Positions 18,474 to 26,944 of a stretch of DNA of 42,434 bases are shown here, in pieces. The position numbers and the translations under genes were made by a program. How positions within the stretch are numbered: position 1 is the stretch's first letter; every line of letters begins with the position of its first letter. This stretch comes from Enterococcus phage vB_Efm3_KEN20. The stretch lies in the sequence record PP582174.1; one strand, written 5' to 3'. The notes under the pieces are model-generated. The model did not search any database, was not told the origin of the DNA, and saw only the letters and a program-made list of their open reading frames with translations.

Positions 18474-18992
18474 TCACACCTCCTTATATTTGAATGTGTA
18501 TCCTTTTGTTTGCTTTTGTTTACCTAAACATACATCACAAATACTCCTCCTAGATACACCTAGTTCTTCACTCGCATAACGAGCGTTGATATAGACTTTT
18601 CCTGTTTCAACACAATATACTTCCTTAGACATTTTAATTAGTGCTGTACGAGTTCTATTTCCGTGATTAATATTCTCTTTTCTAGTCACCCATTCTAAAT
18701 TTGATACTTTATTGTTAGCTTTGTTCTCGTCAATATGATTAATTTGTGGCTTATTTTCTGGGTTTGGTATGAAAGCTTGTGCGACTAAGCGATGAACTGA
18801 ATATCCCTTACTTTTACTGTTCTTACATAGAATAACATTTTCATATCCATTGGGTCTAATTGAGGTTGATTTAATTCTACCTTTCAATCTATGATTTGCG
18901 CTATCTAACCTATCTACACTTCTAACTCTACCTAAGTTGCTAATTTGATACAACCCGTCATATCCTTTTATATCTTTCCAAACTTCTTCCAT
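18474..18992 (-). CDS. HNH homing endonuclease (NUMOD4/HNH_3 type), paralog A
   Basis: MEEVWKDIKGYDGLYQISNLGRV...HRLVAQAFIPNPENKPQINHIDENKANNKVSNLEW...GYTFKYKEV. Start moved to ATG 18992 (RBS AAAGAGGAGG). Own TGTGCTATCATAAT promoter upstream. Its 3' end encodes the terS RBS. Confidence 0.8.
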   Translation of the reverse strand: MEEVWKDIKGYDGLYQISNLGRVRSVDRLDSANHRLKGRIKSTSIRPNGYENVILCKNSKSKGYSVHRLVAQAFIPNPENKPQINHIDENKANNKVSNLEWVTRKENINHGNRTRTALIKMSKEVYCVETGKVYINARYASEELGVSRRSICDVCLGKQKQTKGYTFKYKEV

Positions 18993-19048
18993 AAATAAAA
19001 CCTCCTCTTTCATACTATTATGATAGCACAAATAAAGGAGGTTGTCAA

Positions 19049-19234
19049 CTATTTTTGTTCGTCCTTCATTTCGATAATCTCATAATGACGGTTGCGACCG
19101 CCTAGCTTTGTGCGAACGTCTTTAAAGTAGCCAAATTTTTTCCCATAAAATTCATCCGCAGCGAACTGTGACTTAAACTTTCTGGATTGTCCGGTAGCTA
19201 AATCTTTAACGATGATTGGTTTTGGAGCACCCAT
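19049..19234 (-). CDS. Small protein resembling the C-terminal DNA-binding domain of the HNH paralogs (remnant?)
   Basis: 61 aa; PIIVKDLATGQSRKFKSQFAADEFYG resembles PIIATNLKTGESREFYGSNECARQL of the HNH C-terminal domains; RBS GGGAGG. Confidence 0.45.
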   Translation of the reverse strand: MGAPKPIIVKDLATGQSRKFKSQFAADEFYGKKFGYFKDVRTKLGGRNRHYEIIEMKDEQK

Positions 19235-19593
19235 GTGTTTCTACCTCCCTTACTTTAGTTTGTTGAGTTAAACAAAACTCCCTTACATACCTTATTATAT
19301 CATATAAAAAGAACCCTGTGTAAAGAAACCAGGGGTCAATCATGTTTATAGGGGGAACAATCGTATAAGCGAAATAACATACTATATATAGTATGAATCC
19401 TTGATTTTCAACACAAGAAACCAGTTTTTAATTACATTTTACGAGGGAAAAGGACGTTTTTCAAAGTTGGTTTGGGGACTTTTATGTGAAGAAGAGGGGG
19501 CAGCGATTAATTCGTTATAAAAAGGTGGGCGGGTAAAAACATTTTGGTCTCCCTAAAAATATTTTTGTCTGCGCGCTTGTTTATTTAGCGCTG
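19235..19593. other. Candidate cos / packaging-recognition region
   Basis: ~360-bp non-coding stretch between the packaging HNH and the terS cluster. Strand-biased purine/G blocks (gaagagggggcagcg 19488-19505; ggtgggcggg 19524-19533). 18-bp perfect palindrome catactatatatagtatg at 19378-19395. Confidence 0.35.
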
Positions 19594-19977
19594 TTACCTA
19601 CCTCTATTTTTCCAACTGTAGCTATGTTCTTCCTTGTTGTGACACTCGTAACAGATTGACTCTAAGTTATTTAAATCAAGTCTATGTTTCCATCCATTTG
19701 GACTTCTTAATTCAATTATATGATGCACAAGGTTTGCGTTGGTGTACTTGCCTTGTGCCAAGCATACCTCGCATAGTGGTTGCTCCATTAGCTTAGCTTT
19801 ACGTGCGTTCCTCCATTGGGTTGAATGATAGAAGGTACTGTACTTCTTGTTGTCGTCATTGTATCTTACGTGCTTATTGTATTGGCTATTGTTGTACCCT
19901 TGATGTGCGTCACAGTAGCGCTCAGGTAGCGTAACATAGTTACGACAAGAAGATACAGCACACTTGCGTTGTCTCAT
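19594..19977 (-). CDS. HNH endonuclease (packaging-associated, zinc-ribbon N-terminus)
   Basis: Classic HNH motif HHIIELRSPNGWKHRLDLNNLESICYECHNKEEH. Start set at MRQRKCAVSSC (ATG 19977, RBS GAGAGGAG). Location next to cos/terS is typical of cos phages. Confidence 0.8.
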   Translation of the reverse strand: MRQRKCAVSSCRNYVTLPERYCDAHQGYNNSQYNKHVRYNDDNKKYSTFYHSTQWRNARKAKLMEQPLCEVCLAQGKYTNANLVHHIIELRSPNGWKHRLDLNNLESICYECHNKEEHSYSWKNRGR

Positions 19978-20009
19978 TGCGTTACTCCTCTCTACTATTA
20001 TATAGAAGA

Positions 20010-20034
20010 AAAGACTACTATTATTTAGTAGTCT
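20010..20034 (-). terminator. Hairpin aagactact-attattt-agtagtctt, then a TATATAAT -10 element on the minus strand
   Basis: 9-bp perfect stem overlapping the stop of the 66-aa gene. Confidence 0.5.
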
Positions 20035-20221
20035 TCTTTGTTTTAACAACGATCTTGTCTGTTGGTTGTTCTACATTGACTGATTCAGATTCTTTACGTG
20101 TTAGATCTGACGCTTTGATGTCTTGTTCAAATGGTGTATGTTTAGCACAGTATTGTGCTGGTAGCTTAACTGTTTCATTACATCCTTGTTGGTTGCAGTA
20201 CATGTATGGCAAGTGGAACAC
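20021..20221 (-). CDS. Small zinc-ribbon protein, paralog of the N-terminal Cys motif of the packaging HNH
   Basis: CNQQGCNETVKLPAQYCAKH versus CAVSSCRNYVTLPERYCDAH in the HNH; start ambiguous (GTG at 20221, TTG at 20212, ATG at 20203). Confidence 0.5.
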   Translation of the reverse strand: MFHLPYMYCNQQGCNETVKLPAQYCAKHTPFEQDIKASDLTRKESESVNVEQPTDKIVVKTKKTTK

Positions 20222-20244
20222 CTCCCTTCAGTATTAAATACGTG

Positions 20245-20412
20245 CTAGAAATTATAGTACTGTTTCTTACGTACAATCATATCATGATTCTTTACTATCT
20301 TAATGGCGTCTTCAAGTGTTGGCTCTTGATTGGATTTAGATGCTTCTAGTTTACGATACTCTTTTAATAGGTCTGTTTTATTTAGTGCTAGTAGTTGTTT
20401 GTCTGTCTTCAT
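20245..20412 (-). CDS. Hypothetical 55-aa protein, alternative or additional ORF
   Basis: Hand translation MKTDKQLLALNKTDLLKEYRKLEASKSNQEPTLEDAIKIVKNHDMIVRKKQYYNF; TTGGAGGA 7 nt upstream; overlaps ORF 20378..20566 in another frame. Confidence 0.35.
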   Translation of the reverse strand: MKTDKQLLALNKTDLLKEYRKLEASKSNQEPTLEDAIKIVKNHDMIVRKKQYYNF

Positions 20413-20566
20413 TGTTTAAGTCCTCCAATAAACCAGTAATATAATAAGTAACTTCTTCTAAATTATCTGTTGTAAATCCTTGTTGATTATTTTCGCTTTC
20501 ATAGTATTCAACAAAATATTTGTTTTTATCAGTGTCTAAATTGATATTGATATTTATCTTTATCAT
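20378..20566 (-). CDS. Hypothetical 62-aa acidic protein
   Basis: RBS TAGGAGG upstream. Confidence 0.45.
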   Translation of the reverse strand: MIKINININLDTDKNKYFVEYYESENNQQGFTTDNLEEVTYYITGLLEDLNNEDRQTTTSTK

Positions 20567-20754
20567 TTACGATTACCTCCTAATAACCAGCTCCATACGA
20601 TAACCAGTTGTGCAATGGCAAAAGCCCAATCACCTTGCTGGAATAATTGATATGGTAACTTCATACCTAAATATATAGCAATGTACCCAAAACCAATGAT
20701 AATCAAAACACTTAATATGATTGATAAAATAGTTGTCAATATGTCTTTCATCAT
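20563..20754 (-). CDS. Small two-TM membrane protein, first gene of the leftward arm
   Basis: 63 aa hydrophobic; RBS GAAGGAGG; TGATATAAT extended -10 upstream. Confidence 0.55.
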   Translation of the reverse strand: MMKDILTTILSIILSVLIIIGFGYIAIYLGMKLPYQLFQQGDWAFAIAQLVIVWSWLLGGNRK

Positions 20755-20759
20755 ATCTC

Positions 20760-21260
20760 CTCCTTCTCTTTGTTTCTATTATATCATAGATAAGGGATAC
20801 TGTGTTGGTTAACGGAACCAGTTGGCTTTATTAATTAAATAACAAATTTAAAATGTTGCGTTTTTAATAATGACGTAAAAATGTCAGTGGTAAAATGCTT
20901 TAATATCAACTATTACAGCTATTATTCTCTAATGAATGACATACGAATGACAAACGGAAAATGGCTGTATCCTTTCTCTCCCATAGCTTTTAATATGTTA
21001 TTGACATTATGACATATTATACTTATAAAAAATAAAATATAATAATACATTATCATGTAGTAACTATATATTTCCGTTTAAAATAAAATGGGGTGTCATT
21101 TTGTCATCATATCAAACATGGTCTCTCAAATGTTGATAACTCAACGTTTCTTACATTTATAATTAATGACAAAAAAGTCATTAATTATTTAGATGAGATA
21201 ATAGTTGACAATTGTATCAATAGATGGTAACATTGGTTTATAAATTAAAAGGAGGAAACA
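20760..21260. promoter_or_regulatory. Divergent early control region with an array of TGACA/TGTCA half-sites (operators or origin iterons) and divergent promoters
   Basis: AT-rich 500 bp between the two arms. Half-site pairs at 20871-20887, 20937-20952, 21002-21015, 21095-21108, an 18-bp palindrome aatgacaaaaaagtcatt at 21165-21182, and 21204-21220. Leftward TGATATAAT promoter near 20790-20800. Confidence 0.5.
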
Positions 21261-21263
21261 AAT

Positions 21264-21551
21264 ATGACTTTCAATATAATTGAGTTCAGTAATTATGAAG
21301 TAACTAAAGGAGGCATTGTATATAATAGATACCATAAACCTATTAGGCGAAAATGGGTTGGTAATAATATATACACAAAAATATATGATAGTGACAAGAA
21401 AGCACGCACAGTAAGAGTTGATAAATTAGTCTATCAAACATATGTACAAAATCCACCTTATAACTATGAATTAGAACATATTGATGGTAATCAAGCTAAC
21501 TGTAAATTAGAAAATTTAAAATATATATCACCCAAGAATAAAGTAAAATAG
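21264..21551 (+). CDS. Small HNH_3-like protein (truncated homing-endonuclease-like)
   Basis: 95 aa; ...NYEVTKGGIVYN...ELEHIDGNQANCKLENLKYIS resembles the NUMOD4 + HNH core; RBS AGGAGGA. Confidence 0.45.
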   Translation: MTFNIIEFSNYEVTKGGIVYNRYHKPIRRKWVGNNIYTKIYDSDKKARTVRVDKLVYQTYVQNPPYNYELEHIDGNQANCKLENLKYISPKNKVK

Positions 21552-21563
21552 GAGGACTAAACA

Positions 21564-21851
21564 TTGGAAGTAACATTTACTGGAACACCACACGAAATCA
21601 TGCAACAATATGATCACTGGCTAAAAACACTTGACCTTGAACAAACGCTACTATATAATAGAATCATAATCACAGGTAATAAAACAGACAAAGTACCATT
21701 ATCAGAGTATAAAAAAGTAATTCAACAAATTGCAATTAATAATGGAGGAGGAATAAAAAATATTGACAATGAAATCATGAGCTGCTACAATGTAGAAAAG
21801 AAACGATTTAGCAATGGTTTTTATATCACAGGAATCAAAATAAAACAATAA
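21564..21851 (+). CDS. Hypothetical protein (TTG start)
   Basis: 95 aa; RBS TAGGAGG 8 nt before TTG. Confidence 0.45.
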   Translation: MEVTFTGTPHEIMQQYDHWLKTLDLEQTLLYNRIIITGNKTDKVPLSEYKKVIQQIAINNGGGIKNIDNEIMSCYNVEKKRFSNGFYITGIKIKQ

Positions 21852-21856
21852 ACCAG

Positions 21857-21885
21857 TTGACACTGGTTTCAACTCATGCTATACT
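21857..21885 (+). promoter_or_regulatory. Sigma-A-type promoter TTGACA-N17-TATACT with palindrome AACCAGTtgacACTGGTT over the -35
   Basis: Exact consensus -35 and 17-nt spacer; followed by gaggagg RBS and ATG 21917. Confidence 0.6.
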
Positions 21886-21916
21886 TAATTCATAAGTTAA
21901 GAGGAGGAATAAAACA

Positions 21917-22201
21917 ATGACAAACACAGTATCAGTTTTAATCAAATCAAGCAAGAAAGAAACTCAATATAGATACGGTAAAGAACTTATCAATATTGAT
22001 CGCAGAACATTACAGCAAATTAATGGTACAACAAGCCAAGTTTTCGTAGCCAGCGAACCTCAACGATTGCTTAAAGACGTTAGTGAGTTCAGAGACGGTC
22101 TAACATATTCTCATACAGAAAGTATTAAAATAAACCCTCAATTTATTTGGTACGTTGATGACATGCCAAATATGAGAAATTATGGCAATCTTTTCAAATA
22201 A
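21917..22201 (+). CDS. Hypothetical protein
   Basis: 94 aa; RBS GAGGAGGA. Confidence 0.5.
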   Translation: MTNTVSVLIKSSKKETQYRYGKELINIDRRTLQQINGTTSQVFVASEPQRLLKDVSEFRDGLTYSHTESIKINPQFIWYVDDMPNMRNYGNLFK

Positions 22202-22205
22202 AAAG

Positions 22206-22234
22206 TTGACACAGATCAACAAGCATGCTATACT
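22206..22234 (+). promoter_or_regulatory. Sigma-A-type promoter TTGACA-N17-TATACT
   Basis: Same architecture and same downstream 5'UTR (ta(g/a)ttcataag(a/t)taagaggagga) as the promoter at 21857. Confidence 0.6.
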
Positions 22235-22265
22235 TAGTTCATAAGATAAGAGGAGGAAAACAACA

Positions 22266-22505
22266 ATGAACACAATGACACACGAAAAATACAACGAATT
22301 ACAAAAGAAAATGGACATGCTTTACAGCGATTTTATTGACTTAGCAGCAGACGCTGAAGAAAGTAACGAAGGTTTTAGTAAAGTTTCAGACTGGCTAGAC
22401 AACGAGATAGAAGCCATTTTAGAATGGGCTGACACAAATGATAGCACAATTTTAGCTGAATTAGCCATTGACTACTCAAAACTGAAAGGAATGTTAGCAT
22501 GTTAG
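22266..22505 (+). CDS. Hypothetical acidic protein
   Basis: 79 aa; RBS GAGGAGGA. Confidence 0.5.
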   Translation: MNTMTHEKYNELQKKMDMLYSDFIDLAADAEESNEGFSKVSDWLDNEIEAILEWADTNDSTILAELAIDYSKLKGMLAC

Positions 22506-22825
22506 CAAAATATTACACTGATATCATGAAAATACAACTTAGAGAGTTTAAACGACTCTCTAAGGCTCATGATAAGGCAACTGAACGGTTAATGAAGATG
22601 AATGAACCAGATAACATGCAAAGCCACACCACACAACGGTATTGGCAGACACTCAACAAAATAGAACAATGTGAAAAAGAAATGCGCACCATAATTGAGG
22701 AGCTAAATGAGTTAGAAAAGCGCTTTCACTGGTTAGATAACTTACACCAAGAACGCTTTCATTTTCTAACTAAAGACGCAGAGTTATTTCAGAAAATTGT
22801 CACACTAATGGATATTTACAAATAG
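22499..22825 (+). CDS. Hypothetical coiled-coil protein
   Basis: 108 aa; overlaps the upstream stop. Confidence 0.45.
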   Translation: MLAKYYTDIMKIQLREFKRLSKAHDKATERLMKMNEPDNMQSHTTQRYWQTLNKIEQCEKEMRTIIEELNELEKRFHWLDNLHQERFHFLTKDAELFQKIVTLMDIYK

Positions 22826-22836
22826 GAGGAAATAAA

Positions 22837-23154
22837 ATGAAAAAACTATTATTAGCAACAGAAGAGTATATTATGGTAACACCTGAATTATTTAACGACT
22901 TAACTAACGTGAAAGTTAATCTACCAAACACCCAAAATCCATATATTGTGAAAATACCTAGTGAGTTACCTACAACAGTATTAGGAATGGAAGTAAAAGT
23001 TATGGACTATGAGGATTGGACAAAGTATGATGGTATCACTCAAGAAAAGTTAAAATTAGACGTGAAAACACGCTTATATGAGGCAGAAGAAGAATTTAAT
23101 AAACAGCAAAAACACTACAACACAATTCTAAAACAATTGGAGGAATGGAAATAA
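22837..23154 (+). CDS. Hypothetical protein
   Basis: 105 aa; RBS TAGGAGGA. Confidence 0.5.
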   Translation: MKKLLLATEEYIMVTPELFNDLTNVKVNLPNTQNPYIVKIPSELPTTVLGMEVKVMDYEDWTKYDGITQEKLKLDVKTRLYEAEEEFNKQQKHYNTILKQLEEWK

Positions 23155-23155
23155 A

Positions 23156-23317
23156 ATGACCACATTTATTATTCTAGCAAAAAGACACACTCAAACTATT
23201 CAATTAAGCTACCTAGCAGAAACGATGAGAGCAGCAATTAATGAATTTCGCTTGACATATCCCAAAAAGCATTATAAAATTATTGACTGTAAGGAAGCAA
23301 CAAATTATAATAGATAG
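23156..23317 (+). CDS. Hypothetical 53-aa protein
   Basis: Hand translation MTTFIILAKRHTQTIQLSYLAETMRAAINEFRLTYPKKHYKIIDCKEATNYNR; GGAGGAATGG upstream; below the ORF-track cutoff. Confidence 0.35.
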   Translation: MTTFIILAKRHTQTIQLSYLAETMRAAINEFRLTYPKKHYKIIDCKEATNYNR

Positions 23318-23328
23318 GAGGCAGTAAA

Positions 23329-23541
23329 ATGTATATTGTAGAAATTATTGATCCAGAAAAAGCAGAGTTAGCATACAGTCCAGAAGTTTTCAGCAATCAA
23401 GAAGAAGCAGAAGAGTATCTACAAGAAGTGTGTGAAGATACACATGATTTAGAAGGAATAATAGTATCAGCACTACTAGAAGAGGCTGTTTTCAATAATA
23501 GAAAGATTCTTGTATCAGCAGACATTGTACATCACACATAA
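23329..23541 (+). CDS. Hypothetical highly acidic 70-aa protein
   Basis: RBS TAGGAGG; Glu/Asp-rich. Confidence 0.5.
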   Translation: MYIVEIIDPEKAELAYSPEVFSNQEEAEEYLQEVCEDTHDLEGIIVSALLEEAVFNNRKILVSADIVHHT

Positions 23542-23608
23542 TATGTAACAAGCACACTAATAAATAGTAAAATTAGTAGTGTAATCATAACATAGGAGGA
23601 AAAAAGAA

Positions 23609-23986
23609 ATGACAATATTAAAACGGTACAAATGTATAAAATCAAATGATGAACAAAGATTTGCTGTGGGAGAAATATATCCATTATATAATAACGGTTA
23701 TAAAAATTACGTTGTAGCGAATAATAATGTGAATTGGTATGAAAATGAATTTCCAATTATTAAACGAGACTATGGTATTGAATTTGAGGAGGTAAAAGAA
23801 AAAATATTTGATCTAAACAAACTGATCACATTAACCAGAATTGATGAAAACACGGTATATGTAAACATTAATCACATTGCAGCTTTCTATCACAACAAAG
23901 CTTGGGAATATACTATTGTTATACTGTCAGACGGTACTCAATTAGATATAAAAGACTCAGTAGAATCAATTGCTAACTATTTTTAA
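23609..23986 (+). CDS. Hypothetical protein
   Basis: 125 aa; RBS TAGGAGGA. Confidence 0.5.
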   Translation: MTILKRYKCIKSNDEQRFAVGEIYPLYNNGYKNYVVANNNVNWYENEFPIIKRDYGIEFEEVKEKIFDLNKLITLTRIDENTVYVNINHIAAFYHNKAWEYTIVILSDGTQLDIKDSVESIANYF

Positions 23987-24015
23987 TCAAAAGTATAGCA
24001 CAAATGAAAAGTTTG

Positions 24016-24024
24016 TGTTATACT
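24016..24024 (+). promoter_or_regulatory. Extended -10 element TGtTATACT ahead of HNH paralog B
   Basis: Matches the -10 TATACT of the early promoters; no clear -35. Confidence 0.35.
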
Positions 24025-24047
24025 CATTACATAAGGGGGAATTAATA

Positions 24048-24557
24048 ATGAATGAAATTTGGAAAGATGTTAAAGATTATGAAGAACTCTATCAAGTGAG
24101 TAATTTGGGAAGAGTTAAGCGAGTTAATACTAACCGTATTTTGAAGGGTAGTAAAGAACCAATAGGCTATCTAAGAGTTAGATTATCTACAAACGGTATT
24201 GTATCTACTAAGAAAATCCACCGTCTAGTAGCAGAAGCATTTATCCCAAACTCTGAAAACAAACCACAAGTAAACCATATTGATGAGGATAAGACAAATA
24301 ACATGGTTTCAAATCTTGAATGGTCTACAAGTAAAGAAAATAATAACCACGGAACACACAATATAAGATCGGCTAAAACGCGAGGTATTCCAATCATTGC
24401 AACTAATATAAAAACCGGAGAATATCAAGAGTTCTATGGAACAGCTGAATGCGCTAGACAATTAGGTTTACATCAACAAAATATCACATCAGTATTAAAA
24501 GGTAGACTGAATCAAACTGGGGACTACACGTTTAAATATAAGGAGGAATTAAAATAA
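24048..24557 (+). CDS. HNH homing endonuclease (NUMOD4/HNH_3), paralog B
   Basis: [26 protein letters not shown]...[35 protein letters not shown]...[12 protein letters not shown]. Start at ATG 24048 with AAGGGGGA RBS. The ORF-track N-terminal extension lacks an RBS. Confidence 0.8.
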   Translation: MNEIWKDVKDYEELYQVSNLGRVKRVNTNRILKGSKEPIGYLRVRLSTNGIVSTKKIHRLVAEAFIPNSENKPQVNHIDEDKTNNMVSNLEWSTSKENNNHGTHNIRSAKTRGIPIIATNIKTGEYQEFYGTAECARQLGLHQQNITSVLKGRLNQTGDYTFKYKEELK

Positions 24558-26143
24558 TGAATGAACTAACAAAAATAGATTATTCAGCACCTGTTGAGGA
24601 ACTACTACCTGTTTCAAATAAAAACTTTCCAAGTGAGGAATTTGTGGACTTCAATTCAGAATTAGGAAGGATGTATTACGGAGGTAAAGACGGTACACAA
24701 GCCAAATTTGAGATTCAACAGGAATTATTTATTGATAAATTCAACCAGCTAGCCTATGTGTACGCTCACCCTAACTTAAACGCTCCATATGTATACAACG
24801 CAGACACACGTATCTGGTCTGAGGTAAATCTAGGTAGTTACAAATATTCAGATTGGTATTTTGAGAACATACTAGCACCAAAATTCACACCACAATTTAG
24901 AAATCCAGAGTTTGGGAATGAAATTCGTAAAGAAATGAAGAAAATAGCTCCTGAGTTAGCTAATCGCTCCATGACACGTGGCGAACATGCCCCATTAGGT
25001 GATAACCCTAACCCAAATATTATAGCCTTTGAAAATGGAACATATGACTTTAAAACAAATGACATTAGAGAGACCAGGTTAGAAGATTATCATACTCTTC
25101 AATTGCCATATCCGTTAATTAAAACAGATGAGACAGATGAATTACTCGCAAAACAATGGATTGACTATTTGCTGAAAGACCAAGCTCAGACATTGTATGA
25201 GTATATTGGTTACATGTATTATAGAGAGTACAAATATCAATCTATTTTATACCTATTGGGTAATGGGTCAAACGGTAAATCGTATGTAGGTGGATTTATC
25301 ATGAACAAATTAATTGGGTTCAAAAACAGTTCAGCAGTTGGTCTAGACAGCTTAGCAGATAAAAATAACCGTTTTGACAAAGCTTCATTACACCATAAAT
25401 TACTAAACTTTGAAGCAGACTCAAGCGCCAACTTTGTAAAGGGTACAGAGACACTGAAAAAGCTTTCAGGCGGTCTTGACGCTGTCCACGCTGAGAAAAA
25501 AGGTAAAGATGCGTTTAGTTTTACCAACTATGCAAAACTAATGTTCTCCATGAATGAATTACCTGCATTTAACGACCGCACAAATGGATGGTATAGACGT
25601 ATTTTGATTTTAAATTTCAATACCAATCTTGACACAGCAGAAGCACGTGAGCGCATTAATGAGTTCAACAAGCAACGTGAGGAACGTGAATCAAAAGAAC
25701 AACTAGGTAAATTCGCATGGTTCTGTATTCAGCAATTTAAAAAGATTTTAGACACAGGTGCAAATGGTGAAAACCCATTTACAGAGACAGAGGATATGAT
25801 TGAATTTAAGAAAGCTTATATTGAATCAAATGACCCATCTAAAGAGTTCTTGAGTGAAGTACCTGTCATTGTGGAAGATGAAGAAGGTACTGTTAACCTA
25901 ACACTGTTGAAGAATATTTTTAATGTGTACACTAAAGAGAACAATATCAATAAATCAATGAACTGGCGCACAATGAAGGAGCTACTGTTGAAGCAAGGTT
26001 TTGAAGAAAAGCGTACAAGTAAAGCTCGTGTACTCACTGGTCTCAAAATCGCACGTAACGGAGATAACGAATCCATTAGACCTTATCTAATGAACGCACT
26101 CGCAGGGACAGAGTATGTAAACATTTTCAATGATATACAGTAG
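24557..26143 (+). CDS. DNA primase-helicase (D5_N / P4-type C-terminal SF3 helicase domain)
   Basis: 528 aa; Walker A LLGNGSNGKSY; D5/P4-family arrangement; RBS AAGGAGGA supplied by the 3' end of the upstream HNH gene. Confidence 0.7.
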   Translation: MNELTKIDYSAPVEELLPVSNKNFPSEEFVDFNSELGRMYYGGKDGTQAKFEIQQELFIDKFNQLAYVYAHPNLNAPYVYNADTRIWSEVNLGSYKYSDWYFENILAPKFTPQFRNPEFGNEIRKEMKKIAPELANRSMTRGEHAPLGDNPNPNIIAFENGTYDFKTNDIRETRLEDYHTLQLPYPLIKTDETDELLAKQWIDYLLKDQAQTLYEYIGYMYYREYKYQSILYLLGNGSNGKSYVGGFIMNKLIGFKNSSAVGLDSLADKNNRFDKASLHHKLLNFEADSSANFVKGTETLKKLSGGLDAVHAEKKGKDAFSFTNYAKLMFSMNELPAFNDRTNGWYRRILILNFNTNLDTAEARERINEFNKQREERESKEQLGKFAWFCIQQFKKILDTGANGENPFTETEDMIEFKKAYIESNDPSKEFLSEVPVIVEDEEGTVNLTLLKNIFNVYTKENNINKSMNWRTMKELLLKQGFEEKRTSKARVLTGLKIARNGDNESIRPYLMNALAGTEYVNIFNDIQ

Positions 26144-26155
26144 GAGGTTTTATTT

Positions 26156-26653
26156 ATGAAAGAAATTTGGAAAGATATTGAAGGATATGAAGGCGTTTAT
26201 CATGTGAGTAACTTAGGACGAGTGAAGAGAGTTGCAACAAATAGAGTTTTACAACCATATAGAAACAAAGTTGGCTATTTACTAGTTTATTTATGTAAAA
26301 ACGGTAAGCGTAAAACTCATAGAATCCACCGTTTAGTAGCACAATCTTTCATACCAAACCCAGAAAATAAACCAGAAGTTAATCACCTAGATGAAAATAA
26401 GATTAATAATATGGTTTCAAATCTAGAATGGTCAACTAGAAAAGAAAACTGTAACTATGGAACGCGTAATGAAAGACTGAGTATCCCAATCATAGCAACT
26501 AATCTAAAGACTGGTGAATCTAGAGAGTTCTATGGATCAAATGAATGTGCTAGACAATTAGCATTAAATACCGCACACATTACAAGTGTTCTAAAAGGTA
26601 GATTGAAACAAACAGGTGGATACACATTCCAATATAAGGAGGAAGAGGAATGA
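26156..26653 (+). CDS. HNH homing endonuclease, paralog C
   Basis: [26 protein letters not shown]...[35 protein letters not shown]...GGYTFQYKEEEE. Confidence 0.8.
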   Translation: MKEIWKDIEGYEGVYHVSNLGRVKRVATNRVLQPYRNKVGYLLVYLCKNGKRKTHRIHRLVAQSFIPNPENKPEVNHLDENKINNMVSNLEWSTRKENCNYGTRNERLSIPIIATNLKTGESREFYGSNECARQLALNTAHITSVLKGRLKQTGGYTFQYKEEEE

Positions 26654-26874
26654 ACAAATATTATGTATACACCGTAAATAGTGATGAGCCATTTATCGTA
26701 AGGACAACAAGTGACTTACAACAAAACTATATATCTGCCATTGTAAAAACAAAAGGTCAAGGTGTATGGCGTTTTGAGTATGAGGGTGAAGAAAAACCAG
26801 GCAGAACACCAACCAAGTATGATAGTGTATTTAGAGTAGAGCACATTGTGTCTATTGTAAAAATAATTGAATAA
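26650..26874 (+). CDS. Hypothetical protein
   Basis: 74 aa; RBS AAGGAGGAAG is inside the HNH 3' end. Confidence 0.5.
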   Translation: MNKYYVYTVNSDEPFIVRTTSDLQQNYISAIVKTKGQGVWRFEYEGEEKPGRTPTKYDSVFRVEHIVSIVKIIE

Positions 26875-26889
26875 TTTTAAACTTTACCC

Positions 26890-26918
26890 TTGACTTATTG
26901 TTGAGGGTATTGTATTAT
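26890..26918 (+). promoter_or_regulatory. Promoter TTGACT-N17-TGtATTAT with the shared 5'UTR motif attatataaatataga
   Basis: -35/-10 spacing of 17 nt; the same UTR motif recurs at 35388-35403. Confidence 0.5.
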
Positions 26919-26944
26919 ATAAATATAGAGAGGGAGGAATTGAA

